Source: Phallusia mammillata
Taxonomy: Eukaryota
DNA length: 64,000 nt
Direction of reading: 5' to 3'
Assembly: GCA_965637545.1 (NCBI GenBank)
Contig: OZ281500.1
Location: forward strand, 19,530,001 to 19,594,000
This document shows positions 47,827-60,770 of the stretch, piece by piece; the first letter of the stretch is position 1; the number at the start of each line of letters is the position of its first letter. The notes under the pieces were generated by a model. The model saw only the letters and a list, made by a program, of their open reading frames with translations, was not told the origin of the DNA and did not search any database. The translations under genes and the position numbers were made by a program.

Positions 47827-49939
47827 ACACTTTCAGACATTTTCTATCTGTGTTGTTTTGGCGCGACTCATCGATGGTCGTTTATCATATTTGGATCATA
47901 ACTGTTGTAAATATGTTCTACCATTGTCGCTAAGCGTTTTATTGCTGCCATGATTTTAGAGTGTGTTCGTTCGCTTGTCTCTCTGGATAGAGTTTTTATG
48001 TGCAATGTTTGTGGATTTGGATGGGTTTTGTAATGGAAATTCTGCACAAGGCATCAGCAAAACAAAACTTTAATAATATTGTTTGTACTATATTTCCATG
48101 TACGTAAAGCTGTTGTGTTAAAAAAATCCCATCGGTATTTGTTTAAATTGGCGTGCTTTATGGTAACGTTATTATGAGCCAAAAATGCCTGTTGCAGAAA
48201 TATTGCGTTTCAAAATTTACATTTAGAAGTCGACAACCCGTGTTTTTGTATGTTTTTATGCTTGACATGCAGAACATCGTAAATTAGCGACAGGTCCAAA
48301 CAGCAGAGCAGCGTCTCATTCGTTTTTGAGTAAGAGCAAACATATTTAAAAAACAAACGCATCCGACCGACCTTCCCACAAAGTCGCGGCGATCTTTGCC
48401 GTGTCGATGTTTGTTTACAAGTATCAACACGCCAAGTGGCAATCCCGCCTTGCCCATGAGACGTGGAAAGCGAACAAATTTTGTTGTAAATGTTTACGAA
48501 TCGCCGCCTTCAACGCTACAAGATTGACCTCATGATGTTAGGTGACCAAAGTCGAACCGGGTCAAATACAAGCGTCTTTTAATCGTTGCTCTGACGCGAT
48601 TTTGTTCGTGGACACTTTTAATCTGCTGTTGCGATTGGTTAGAGGCTTGATTCGGACAAACGTGCTTAATTACTGATCTGACCAGACAGGTTACGCTTGC
48701 TTACCGCATTATAACACAGTGGTCAATACTGTTGCAAATGCGTGGCATTGTCATCCATATGGGCAAAGCTTTTAAAATGAGTCAGTTTGCGAGTACGTAT
48801 GAATTTTAGTTTTTGAATAAATGTCGATGCATGTTTCATAAAACATTTATGGCTTAAAAATTTAAAGAACAAATGGACGTGGGTTTAAGTCTTCCAACTA
48901 TGAGTGCTGTTCGAGTAATTTAGTTGTATTAAAATGTGACGTTCTTCAATTGTGTAAACAGTATTAAAACTGTCAGTCCCCCTCCCCCACGCAAAATAAG
49001 CGGCTGCGGGAATCAAAATGGGTAACGTTGTTCAGATCTTTGGGTGCACGACAGAGTTATAGCCACGCAACTGTTAAAGGCCTTCTCGGAAAATGTAATT
49101 TGGCTTAGGCATTGTCTGCCGGTGTCTGAACCGACTCGAATTCAGGTTTTGGCTTCTAATTTAGCGCATGCACGTCCGGTCCATGACTTCTGCCCTAATT
49201 TAAATCAATTTTTCGCAAAATCTTAAATCCTGTCTTAATCACCCGGATGTCCAGATTTTATTCATCAGGACAATTCATTTTGCCAGGGAAGCGACCGTTA
49301 GCAATCAAGCACACTCGCCTTTTTTAGCTAATGAGTTTTTAGCATGATTTCATGCACCCACCTGATCTCGTAATTATTCACAATGTGCTGAGGTGTTGCC
49401 GAAATTCGTCACCATCTCTTCGGTGAAATTACGTGGCCGTCAAGTTTACCGTCCTCGTGTTTTAATATATTTTCGCGCTTTTGTTTGCAAATAAATCACC
49501 ACACGTCGTGGACTGGACGGAGCTTGCGTAATTAATACCGCCCAAGATTGTAAAGCCAGAAAAATCGTTTATATTTATTTTTAAACCGCGCCCAGATTTG
49601 ACCTGATTTGGCTTGACTAACTGACCGGTTTGTGGTGTTTGTTTTAGTTTTGACACAAACTACAAACCATTAAGCTTATATTAGCACGCACTATTCCAGC
49701 TTTATTACAAAAAAATCGTAGTATAACTTAGTAGCCAAAGTTGTAAGCTGGGCTGGATTCGGGCTTAAGTTTGAATAAAATGATTCAGGCCTGACTTCAC
49801 ATTCGGCTTATTTGTTCACACTCGACCTTATGTGGGCTTTGTTTCAAAAAGCTGGTTGCCAGGTTCCGACCAGGTTTTTGGACCCCAAGTTCGGTGTTAA
49901 TCGTATTTTTTGTTACGACCAACATTTTTATATTCCTTT

Positions 49940-50837
49940 TTACAACTTTTTTTAAACACTGTTTTTGACAAAGTTTGTTTGGTCTTGTTGTGCAGCCATT
50001 ACCTCACAACTTTTTTCAAACACTGTTTTTGACAAAGTTTGTTTTGTCTTGTTGTGCAGCCATTACCTTACAACTTTTTTCAAACACTGTTTTTGACAAA
50101 GTTTGTTTGGTCTTGTTGTGCAGCCATTACCTTACAACTTTTTTCAAACACTGTTTTTGACAAAGTTTGTTTGGTCTTGTTGTGCAGCCATTACCTTACA
50201 ACTTTTTTTAAACACTGTTTTTGACAAAGTTTGTTTGGTCTTGTTGTGTAGCCATTACCTTACAACTTTTTTTAAACACTGTTTTTGACAAAGTTTGTTT
50301 GGTCTTGTTGTGCAGCCATTACCTTACAACTTTTTTTAAACACTGTTTTTGACAAAGTTTGTTTGGTCTTGTTGTGTAGCCATTACCTCACAACTTTTTT
50401 TAAACACTGTTTTTGACAAAGTTTGTTTGGTCTTGTTGTGCAGCCATTACCTTACAACTTTTTTTAAACACTGTTTTTGACAAAGTTTGTTTGGTCTTGT
50501 TGTGCAGCCATTACCTTACAACTTTTTTTAAACACTGTTTTTGACAAAGTTTGTTTGGTCTTGTTGTGCAGCCATTACCTTACAACTTTTTTTAAACACT
50601 GTTTTTGACAAAGTTTGTTTGGTCTTGTTGTGCAGCCATTACCTTACAACTTTTTTTAAACACTGTTTTTGACAAAGTTTGTTTGGTCTTGTTGTGTAGC
50701 CATTACCTTACAACTTTTTTTAAACACTGTTTTTGACAAAGTTTGTTTGGTCTTGTTGTGCAGCCATTACCTTACAACTTTTTTTAAACACTGTTTTTGA
50801 CAAAGTTTGTTTGGTCTTGTTGTGCAGCCATTACCTT
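49940..50837. repeat. Minisatellite, ~14 near-identical copies of a 64-65-bp unit
   Basis: Unit ttacaac(t)naaacactgtttttgacaaagtttgtttggtcttgttgtgcagccattacc; no unique spacers. Confidence 0.97.
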
Positions 50838-53800
50838 AACTCTTAGATAAATCGTGCCGATGTGGAAATAAGGTATTGATGTGCATAACTCTGAGAAGCA
50901 GTTTCGATTTTCGACGCACTTATTTGCATTCACCTTAAATGCAGTTATTTCGTGTTGAACAAGCGAGTATCTGTTTAAAGGAATTCTGTCTGGACCGGAC
51001 TAAGCCCATCAGTCAGATTACCAATCAAGTTTATTTTCAGAAATTACTTTATTATGGTAAAATTTTTGTACAAAATTGCAGTTGTTTTACTGCGCATCAA
51101 AATTTAATACCAGCAACGGAGATTTAAAATTGCATTAAAAAAACACATAATACACCAGCTTCAAGCAGAATAAAATTAAGTTGAATACCACTGCAACCCC
51201 AAATATTGTAATGACTACGTTGACATAAAATAATGACAGATGATAGGGACCTTTGCGCATGCGTAATTTGCCTGCGTCCATGCTGACTGTACATGCAAAA
51301 TTGGCATTCGGCGGAATCTTAATTGCTTGCATTGCATATTTAACGTCAGTGTTAATGGCTATTAGCCCCGAAGTGCCATGTGCAGCCATATTCGCTCTTC
51401 GAAAATGCCCTCGTTGCCAGTTACGTCAATTTACATGTCTCCGAAAACGCATTTCGTTTTATCATTATCCATTCAAATTTGATGGATGTGTTCATTTGAA
51501 ATGGATATGTGCATTCTCACAAAACGAGACCTTTAAATAAACATCGCGCTTGGAAGTCTGCATTCGTGTCTTTACTGGTAAATGCTATGCCATTTATTTA
51601 TTTTAGTGTCGTTTTAACTAGCTTTATTTTTTTTGATAAAAAAAAACTTTGTAATTTGCGCACGTTGCAACGATTTGTTTTGCAAATTCCATGGCACTTT
51701 TTACATGAAAACACACCTAAAGCAAAGCTCCTTGCTATTCTGAAACCACAAAAGCAGACCGAAAAGTTGTTTTGCGAAACAGCAATTTAAAAAACGCCGA
51801 ATGCGTACGACAGTTTGGAAATTACAACGTTATGTAACCACATAAATATCGTAATGACCATCAAAAGCGTGCCAATCGTGCATGCACGTTGACGTTATTC
51901 GTCTGGCGCATGTGTTGATCATTACACATTTTTGCCTTTGTTTGGAGCGAACGCGTGGGTTGCGTTGAACGTCGCGACTTAGTCCGCAACGGAAAACAAG
52001 AACAGCCTAAAGCAGTAGCTCTTCCCGTTGATTAAAGCCATGAATTATGTTACCAGGCGCATAGTTTCTTGTTATACTTCCTATTATTCATCCTCGTTGG
52101 TCGCTTTATTCATTTTCGAAAAAAACAACTAGTGTGAATCAGGATTCGTCGACAGCGTGGGCTATGAATTGTTCCTTATTCGTCCTTCGCCACTTTATTT
52201 TTAGCCCCGAAACACTACTACGGACTACATACACGTCTGGTGCCTTTGTGTGCTAAGGTACTAGCGAGAATTTTTAGAAACAGAATTTCAAGTGTCTAAA
52301 AACGATTTTTCAGGACCACATTTTTTGCTGACGTATTACTAAGTCTTACTGTTACGTCAATGCCGAATGAGCAAAACCAAAAGACTACAAAATGATATAT
52401 TTGTCGCCCACAATCTTTATACCGTGGTAGTAATGCAATTTCGCATTAGGCATTTGCTTGTATAAAGTGTCCACAGCTTTGCAGTATGTTTGGGAAATGT
52501 TTAATTGTTGCACAGTTTCGTACGTCACTCTTGACCTTTTGTAAGTTACAATTAATTTGTCTAAGTTGCGTTTGAAATTCGGGAACTTCCGCTAAGTTTA
52601 TCTGCGGTCAATTTTTAACCAATATTAGATGCTTTGCACGAAATGACATTTGCTTCAAGAACCGATTCAATAAAAAATGGTTCGAAGTTTCCCTGACCTG
52701 TTATATAGGCTAATTGTGTTCCTAAATTTTATTAGATGCCTAATATAGCGATTTATCACTGAAAAACATTTTTCAGTTTTTTTAGCTAAACTTTAAACAT
52801 GATCACTTTTATCGACAAATCTAAGCCAGTTATTTTAAAACCGCTGTGGTTTGATAAAACAAAATTGCTGCGAAAAAATAACTACGTAATAGGTAAAGTG
52901 GGGTTTAGTTTTTTACGGAGAATCTTATTGCACTGGTGTGTAAAGCAAAAAGCACTTTTTATCAGCGGTCAGTGCGTAGGAGTGGTGGATTCAATTCTTT
53001 GAAGGATTACAACCGCAGGGATTAGAACTCCTATTGTATTACCATTACAATCGTGACACACTAACCCAAGCACGTCAGATTGTGTGTCCAAAACTCAGGT
53101 GATTTGTGAAGAAATTGAATCATGGTCTTACCTCAGAATATGCAGAGGTTGAATCGCAAGGACCTGCATTCTTTAAGTAACGTCTGGCTTTCTGAGTCTT
53201 TCCGATTTCTCGATAAAGAAGCGACGTTACGTCAGAGTATTACGCACACGCATGAGTCTTGCAGACAGACGCACACTTGCTTTTCCGTTTGTGGTGAATC
53301 TATTCATGGCTGTATGTCTATTCTCCTGTTTCTTCGGTTTTGCACTGGGTTGTTGTTTGTGTTTTCGGAAGTCTTACTCTGGAATAGGTTAACTTTTGCG
53401 GATTTTTGAAATTTTGTTGTTTAGGTGTACATGCTTTTCAGTTGATGTGGGATGGCGCAAAATATCCAACATACGTACAATGTTTAATGAGTCATTCTCC
53501 TTATGTTTGTAGCGCTTTTATTCTTTGAAAGATGATTTACTATTACCATATTGGTTAAATAAGTTTATGTTGGTCATAACTTTTTCTACGCTTTTTCAAA
53601 CAAAAGCCTTACATTTTAGGAAGTTTTTCAAAGCATTTCTATGTGGTGCGGTGAGGTGTCATAATAAATTGTGCGACCACTTCTGTTGGATTAGTAAGAG
53701 CTTTTTAAAGGACCAAATAACACATTTTGTATTCAACAAACCATTGGTGTAATGTGAGTTGTTGCATTTGCTTTATTTGGTTTCTTCACAATCTCAACCT

Positions 53801-56800
53801 CTTGATAAATTTTTTGTTCAAAACAATAACGAGACGATTCGGTTTCATTTTCAGGACCTGAGAAAAATGTTTGGGAACTATAATTGGTATAATTGTGTGG
53901 GTTTCCTCAAGTTTAAATTGTAATTATTAGTTTCGCGCCCTGAGCATGACTTTGTCCTGGGTTGATCCGTCACGTATCCAAGATATGACTTGCAATGTAT
54001 CAAAAATATGACATTCATTTAAAACATCTTAAAGTTTTCTGTAACAAGCCACAACGAATCTTGAATGTAGTGATTTTGGATTTTTGGTTTCATGTTGTGG
54101 AGCGCTCTCTAATACCTTCCATCTCGCGTGGATTAAATTTATTTTATTGCACCTCTGGGCTTTTTCGAATACAGCAATATTGAAGCGCCGAAACTACTTC
54201 AAATTTCAGGTTTAGTGGTGTATTTCAAAAAAAGTTTTAATGAGACTTGCAGCCATCTTATCCAGCTGCAATGAGTTTTTCGCTTAGTGATTTATTTCTT
54301 GGAAACGCAAACGAAGTGTTTTCCCACTTGATCAGAAAACGTTGGTCGCAACCTAAAGTTCACCAAACCGTCTTCTACTTCTAAACAAGAGGTGATAAAA
54401 AGTTTGTTAGATGCCCGCAAATAATTTTTACGTAGCAATTATCCCTCTACAAACGTCGTGTCAACGAAACTGCAGCGGTTTTTCTTCGCACGCATCCTAA
54501 CGTTAGGCCAAAAAGCATTCAGATTATTCGACCACGCATTGACATGCCAACAAAAATACAACCGACTTCAATAAAACCTGGCCGTTTGATGTGCGAGAAG
54601 TTCCATGTAATGATGGTCCCATGTACGAAAAAGCGCCAATCGAATATCGTGAAAAAGGTTAGTCATTGGAAGGTGTGGAGACACTGTTGTTCTTGGCACT
54701 GAACTGCAAAATTATTTTTTGCATTGTACCAGACTTTCCGTGGTTTACTTTGGTGCTTGAGCACATTCTGGGCATGGGTACAATTTTAATTATATGCAAA
54801 TTTTAATCCACCTTAAATGGAAAAACTTTTGTAGCGGTATATTTGCACCGCCAATCCAGCAAAAATGCTTAAATCAACAACTTTTTTTGCCAATGAAATG
54901 GAAATATCGTTTGTCGCTGCCATCTTGCCCTGGGCAAAAGCTGGTAATTTTGGCAAAGTAGTGTGTAACTATTGGAGAAACTTTCAACTAAAGTCTTAAC
55001 TAAGGTCTTAATTAGAAAAGAAGGAAGATAATCGGATATTGACGTTGATTATGATACATATTATCGAAACATAATAGCAAGCCTGAGTGTTCACGGTTTC
55101 GAATCTGTACGTGACATGAAGTATCGCCATGAATTACCACGAAACTTGCACTCATTGCACTATGTGGAACGTTAGAAAGCGCTATATGCACTTCACGTTC
55201 TCATTTCACGCTTATATGCCATTTGAATGTTGCCCTATGTGGAGTACCGCCCTGTTCGAATGTGTATTACAATTAGGTCTTGATTGTGCAAATTACAACC
55301 TGCATAAATTCTGTGGCCGCCTTATTGCTAAAATTTTTGTGTTAATTAGTCATGCACGTTTCATCCAGGAACAACTTAAAGTTAGTATGCTCCTTGCAAG
55401 CAATCAAACATTGGCTTGGTTACAATGTGGGGTTATGCGTACCAACCTTTACGCACGTAAATAATAGTTACAGGGACTAATTGTCAATTGTCGCATAATT
55501 TTTGAAAAAGTTTTAATTTAACAGTATACTTTGTCCTACAGGTGATATTGTCATTTCTTGCCAAAAGCAAATCACGTATGAAATGTGAGCCGGTAAAATT
55601 ATGGTCACGTTTGCCAAATATCCGCACGCAATCGCTGCCAGGGACAGATCCAATCGTGATTATTGTCCAAGAGTTTTTTTTGCAGACAGACAGTATTAGC
55701 CACAGTCGGACACGTTGATCATTCAACACGCATATATCGTCCCACGAATCAATAGTCATGCAAATGTTAATTGACTTCTCTGGAAATAGTTTGACGCTTG
55801 CCTCTAAACGTGAGCCTTAATTGGCACCCACCGCAATACTTTATATAGTGGACATCTTCGCTTTCTTCGTAGTCTTTGTGTATGGATGGTGGCGGTCATG
55901 AGGTTAACCCTATGGCTATGTTTATATATGGCCACCAACACGATGTTTCTCCATGTATTTACCTATTGTTCCGAAAAATTCAGACTTTAAAGTCTCGATG
56001 ACGTGTTTACACCATGTCCCATTGCGTAACAAACTTTGATAGATTGTTTTCTTTGCTCCGACGATCATTGGTCTGTTATTTTTTCAACCGCAAATTTTCG
56101 TTATGATTTAAAACAGGAAAGTCCAGATCGACGACCAAAAGCATAATAAAGGATGCAAACTGATTTTGTGCTACGCAAGAAGACCCGTTCGCAAAATTAG
56201 TCTATCCCTAACTTATAAACTAATTAAATTTCGTCACATTTGCAAATTTTAGAACGAAGCGTTGAAGTGGACTGAATTTTAGATGAAAATTATTACGGCT
56301 CCACGAAACCTTGGTGGTTTTGCCTTTGGCCCTATTTGGAAAGGTTGCCGACCCCTGCCCTGAATTGTGACCAAATGAGGATACAAATCCAAAGCAAAAC
56401 TGTCTGTGTGTTTTGAATGTTATTCTTTTCTGTTTTATGGCACCACCAAACAATAAAGTCAATCGTCCACAGTTCGTCATGATGGTCGAGTTGGGCCGCT
56501 TTTATGCGTTTAGAAGATTACTTTATTCGGGCACACTTTGTTATTTACTTTAAATCGTTTAAATCTTAAAAAAAGGAAAATACATTTTAAACATATGTTT
56601 TGAATTTGGTTATTCCATCTTAAGTTTCTGAAATATTTAGAGTATAGTTGTCCAGGTGTTTACAAATATATATTGCCACCGTTTAAAAGCAAAGTGTAGA
56701 GTAGCAAGTTTTTTTTTAGTTTACAGGCCAAACTACCAACTATTGGACGGCATTATTTGCAGAGCACCGATTGCTGCAAATCGCCTCATTTCTTGATCCA

Positions 56801-59004
56801 TTGTACGTGATCAATTTGAATGTTCAGTTTCCTCATCTCGTGGAATAAGACTTAAAATGCAAATACACGACTTCAGTGACATTTGTGTTCGCCTAATTGT
56901 GCCAATTATCACCATTTGCATTTGGCTAATATACTTTGCATTACAACATGGCCTGATCCACTTTGGCATATTACTTGCAAAACTTAAAGAGTAAGCAAAG
57001 CACAAATGTCCCAGTATTTTGATAATTGATAAGCACACGAAAACAAACTCACAACATATTCAAACATAATAGTGATTTCGGCAAAATCTATGTTTTATGC
57101 GGTCGGAGAAAAATCGCTTTTACGATGGTGAGAGTTTTCCAGCTGCCAAAACGCATCAAATTGCTTGCCGGTCAAAATTTAATCGGATTGTGGTGTAGAT
57201 GGTGCAACAAACACAGGTCATCGCGCTTGAAAAGCCACACAAATAACCGAGCTTCGGCCAATCACGTTTTAGGTAAATTTGCAAGCGGACGAAACGACAA
57301 TTAATTAAAACTAACCGTGGATAGTCGGCATCCATCAACCTAGTAATTATGGACATAATTATTTGACATACAACAGTATGAAAAACCTGTTTTTTCGCTT
57401 TGCTTGCGATTTTTAAAGGTGCGGCGGTTCCATTTTAAGCGCGCAAACCCATATTTAGACATTTTGATCTTTTTTTGGTCTTGCTTTGTAATTGAGGCTT
57501 TCGTTTTTGTGCTAGTAGCCTTTATATTTGTGATATAGTAGCCTAAATAATTGTGATATATCGGCAATAGATAACACTTATTGTATTTGCCATGTTACTT
57601 TTCTAATAGGTAAAGTAGTGTCATGACCCCAACCATTAAAAGCGAAACAAAACAGCACCATTTTGCGACTTTTTTAATTCACAAAAAAATGGCAAAATGT
57701 TTAATTAAATTTTAAAAGCGATGAGGTTGTTGCAAAAAAAGCAATGCATTTTTCTTGGTGGTTTCGTTGCAATTTTCCTCGTACAAGTCTCCACGACATA
57801 CCTTGGGTAATTTCCTCCCTGCAGGTGTGCATATGCACCACCGGAACATGTCAGTTTTCCAGAGGTGACATGCGGTCGTCGGGATTACAGACCAACACGC
57901 CGAAACTTGTCGAAAATGCCAAATCAGTTCAAGCAGACCAAAATTTTCACTCACTATTTGACGCACGCCACCATCCCGTCAGCAGAGGCCCGCGTACAAG
58001 ATCCAGGCGAGTTAGTAATTAAAATTCCATTGGGTGCACTTGCGCCTACGCCTGCTCAACCTGTAGTCCGATGGGCTTGCTTTCCAGGGATTGGCCGGTC
58101 CAAAACACAGTTGTTTGTCGTTGAAATAAAGTATTAACGGCTACTGCAGCTAATGTTTAAATTGCCGTTTATTATTATCCGTGTATTTCTGGACCCCCGT
58201 CGTTTGACCTCATGGCACTACGTTTTCACAAGTATATAGAAAAGTTTGTTAAATTCTGTTGAGTTGTTATATAACACTAAGATCATTTTTAGGTATATTT
58301 TTTACGATTGTCGTTTCGTTTGATGGATAATTTGATTTTGCGACGCGAAACGAGTCAAACCAGCAAGACATGAAGACCTTTAGATTTAAATTGCAAGTTG
58401 AGATGTTTAAATACCAACATGAAGGAAACTTCCGAAAAACGCCGAATTATGCACCAAACAAGGTGGGGGTTGAAATGATCACTTTCCCAGGATGTGGTAA
58501 TAATAGATTTACATCCTCAAGAAAATTATCTTCGCCTTTTGCATGACCTACACTCAGTGGGAAACGCGTGGGTTGGCAATTTTCTGGTCTTATACCCCGC
58601 CTGTCCAGTTTCTCATACTCGTGCTTCAGGATTACCCGCCTTGCTTCCGCTTACATACAGATCCACTTTGCAATACGATTTTCCCAGCTCCGAGTTCGAT
58701 AACAATTTCGATTGCCGCTGTTTGACCTCTGCTCATCCGACTTCGCTATGAAACAGAAGGCGAGAATCAGACAGGATTAACTCAGCATAACTTCAACTCG
58801 CGTCTTTCGTACAAGAGGTTGACTACTTAATATCGCTGATGATTACATACCGGTGTCCATGTAGGTCACGACTGCAAGCTGTTATTTTGGCGAGCCTGTA
58901 CTTATCCCGGCTTCCGTGCTGCACAAAGTCTTTTTGGGACACAAAACCAAAAGTAGGCTATTGTTACCAGTTTGTTGGTTTCATTGATTAATTCAGTATT
59001 TTTT

Positions 59005-59186
59005 TAATTCTATGTGTCGCCGTTAGGGGGCGTGAGTCGTACTGACTGGAACTAAAAAAGTTATTCCGGTTAAAGAGGGCAGGAACTTAGCCGAATGGTC
59101 TGGTGTGCCTGACCCATATACAGGCATAAAAACCCTGATCGGGATTCGTCCCCGGGGGTGTCCTGGGGTCGAACCCCGTGAAAAAA
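59005..59186 (+). mobile_element. tRNA-derived SINE-like element, copy 1
   Basis: A box TAGCCGAATGG, B-box-like GGGTCGAACCC, short A tail; CCGGTTAAAGAG repeated at 59066-59077 and 59189-59200. Confidence 0.7.
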
Positions 59187-60256
59187 TACCGGTTAAAGAG
59201 AATGATATCGGTCTAATGTCCTGACCCTTATGCAGACATAGAAACCTTATCGTACTAAGGTGCATACTGGCTTATGTGCCCTGAAAAACAAATGGTATTG
59301 GTGGATTTTTGCATAATCAGCAGAAAAAAGAAGTTATTTTGCAAATATGCTTTCACAGATTTGAAACAAGGCTGTTTGTATTTTTCAAAAGACAGTGTTT
59401 GAAGTCAAAATGGTATTATCTTAAAATAAACTTGCATGCCACCATAACCTTTTCTTGTCTTGCTCCTGAGAGCTTAATCGCATATTAAACGTCATTACAT
59501 CGGTAAAACAAGAATTTTCAGCGTTTTTACTCAAACAGATTATAAATTCTTTGATCCTCTTTAACCTGCATTATTTGTGATGTATTCCTATTATTATTAT
59601 TTTTATAGTCTATTGTTTAAAGCTGCTGTGATCACGCATTACACGTAACACTCCCAACGGCAACACGTTTGGAAATTCAGAATTGCTTGCAGATATCCAT
59701 TGATGGTATTACAATGGATTTTAAACTAAGTGACAATGAATGCACGTAGGTTATAGCAGATCGTGGCATGCAGCCAGGAAAATACAACTACTGGAAGCAT
59801 TTAAGTTTTGTTGGATCAACAAACGAATGGATGCACATGTTTACAACATAAATACTCAACGCAATTAAGACTACTTTCAATGCATAGTCGTGCTTGGAAT
59901 AAGGCGATTAGCAGTAAACACCTTCGATGACTTTCGACTTTATCATGGACGTGTTGTCACCCCGGTTTACAGGTTAAGTATATATCATCGCATCTTAGGC
60001 CTAAGCTTAATTCGAAAAACAATTGTTAAATATACATTTACCCGCAAGCTTGGTTTGTTAGTCAAATTTACCAGCACACGTGAACTTTCGTAGAAATCTG
60101 GCAAGGTGTGTAACGTATTTTTTTAACTTGTCAACGATAAAGGTTCTACGATACCCTCTAGCGTTTCTTTATGCCAAAATTATAAAACCACCGCAAGTGG
60201 GCGACAACGAGTTGTTTTCAAAATGCAAATTAGAAGTTAATCAAATTAGAAGTTAA

Positions 60257-60457
60257 TAATTCTATGTGTCGCCGTTAGGGGGCGTGAGTCGTACTGACTG
60301 GAACTAAAAAAGTTATTCCGGTTAAAGAGGGCAGGAACTTGGCCGAATGGCCTGGCGCGCCTGACCCATATACAGACATAAAAAACCTGATCGGGATTCG
60401 TCCCCGGGAGGTTCCTGGGTTCGAACCCCGTGAAGAAAAAAAAAAAAAAAAAAAAAA
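60257..60457 (+). mobile_element. tRNA-derived SINE-like element, copy 2 with long poly(A)
   Basis: A box TGGCCGAATGG, B box GGTTCGAACCC, ~22-nt poly(A); first ~83 bp identical to copy 1. Confidence 0.75.
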
Positions 60458-60482
60458 TCAAAGCTATAGTTATAGCCTACAG

Positions 60483-60770
60483 CAGGGGTCAACCTTTTTG
60501 GCGACGCGTGCCAATTTACTTGTTATTTCCATATGTTAATGACCTCGCGTGCCAACGTTTTTCTAAATAATTGTGGTTCGTGCCAGCAGATACCAATAAT
60601 AAAGAGAAAGCAGAGTGTTTTGTGCATGTAATGCTGAATTTTAAGACAATGGCATGATGAAAAGCATAAACAAGCAGTGTAACAGGGTAAATTGTTACTT
60701 CATATTAACACGCAAATCGGTTGGCGTGCCATGGAAAACCACCTCGCGTGCCAGGTGTTGCCGACCCCTG
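60483..60770. mobile_element. hAT MITE
   Basis: Ends CAGGGGTC.. / ..GACCCCTG; 8-bp TSD GCCTACAG; subterminal GCGTGCCA repeats. Confidence 0.88.

Noticed and set aside
49940-50837. CRISPR array or repeated 61-aa ORFs
   Set aside because: Units are contiguous with no unique spacers, the context is eukaryotic with no cas genes, and the ORFs are by-products of the repeat
57744-58751. Protein-coding exons in ORFs at 57.7-58.8 kb
   Set aside because: No recognisable domain and no phase-consistent exon chain; cannot be supported without RNA data
59060-59090. Twister or HDV-like ribozyme in the SINE leader
   Set aside because: Only a superficial CCGGT..GAGGG resemblance; the required pseudoknot pairings could not be built
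59078-60432. Functional tRNA genes (Leu/Ser-like)
   Set aside because: A and B boxes are present but there is no acceptor or anticodon stem that I can fold, and they end in A tails; better explained as SINE-like
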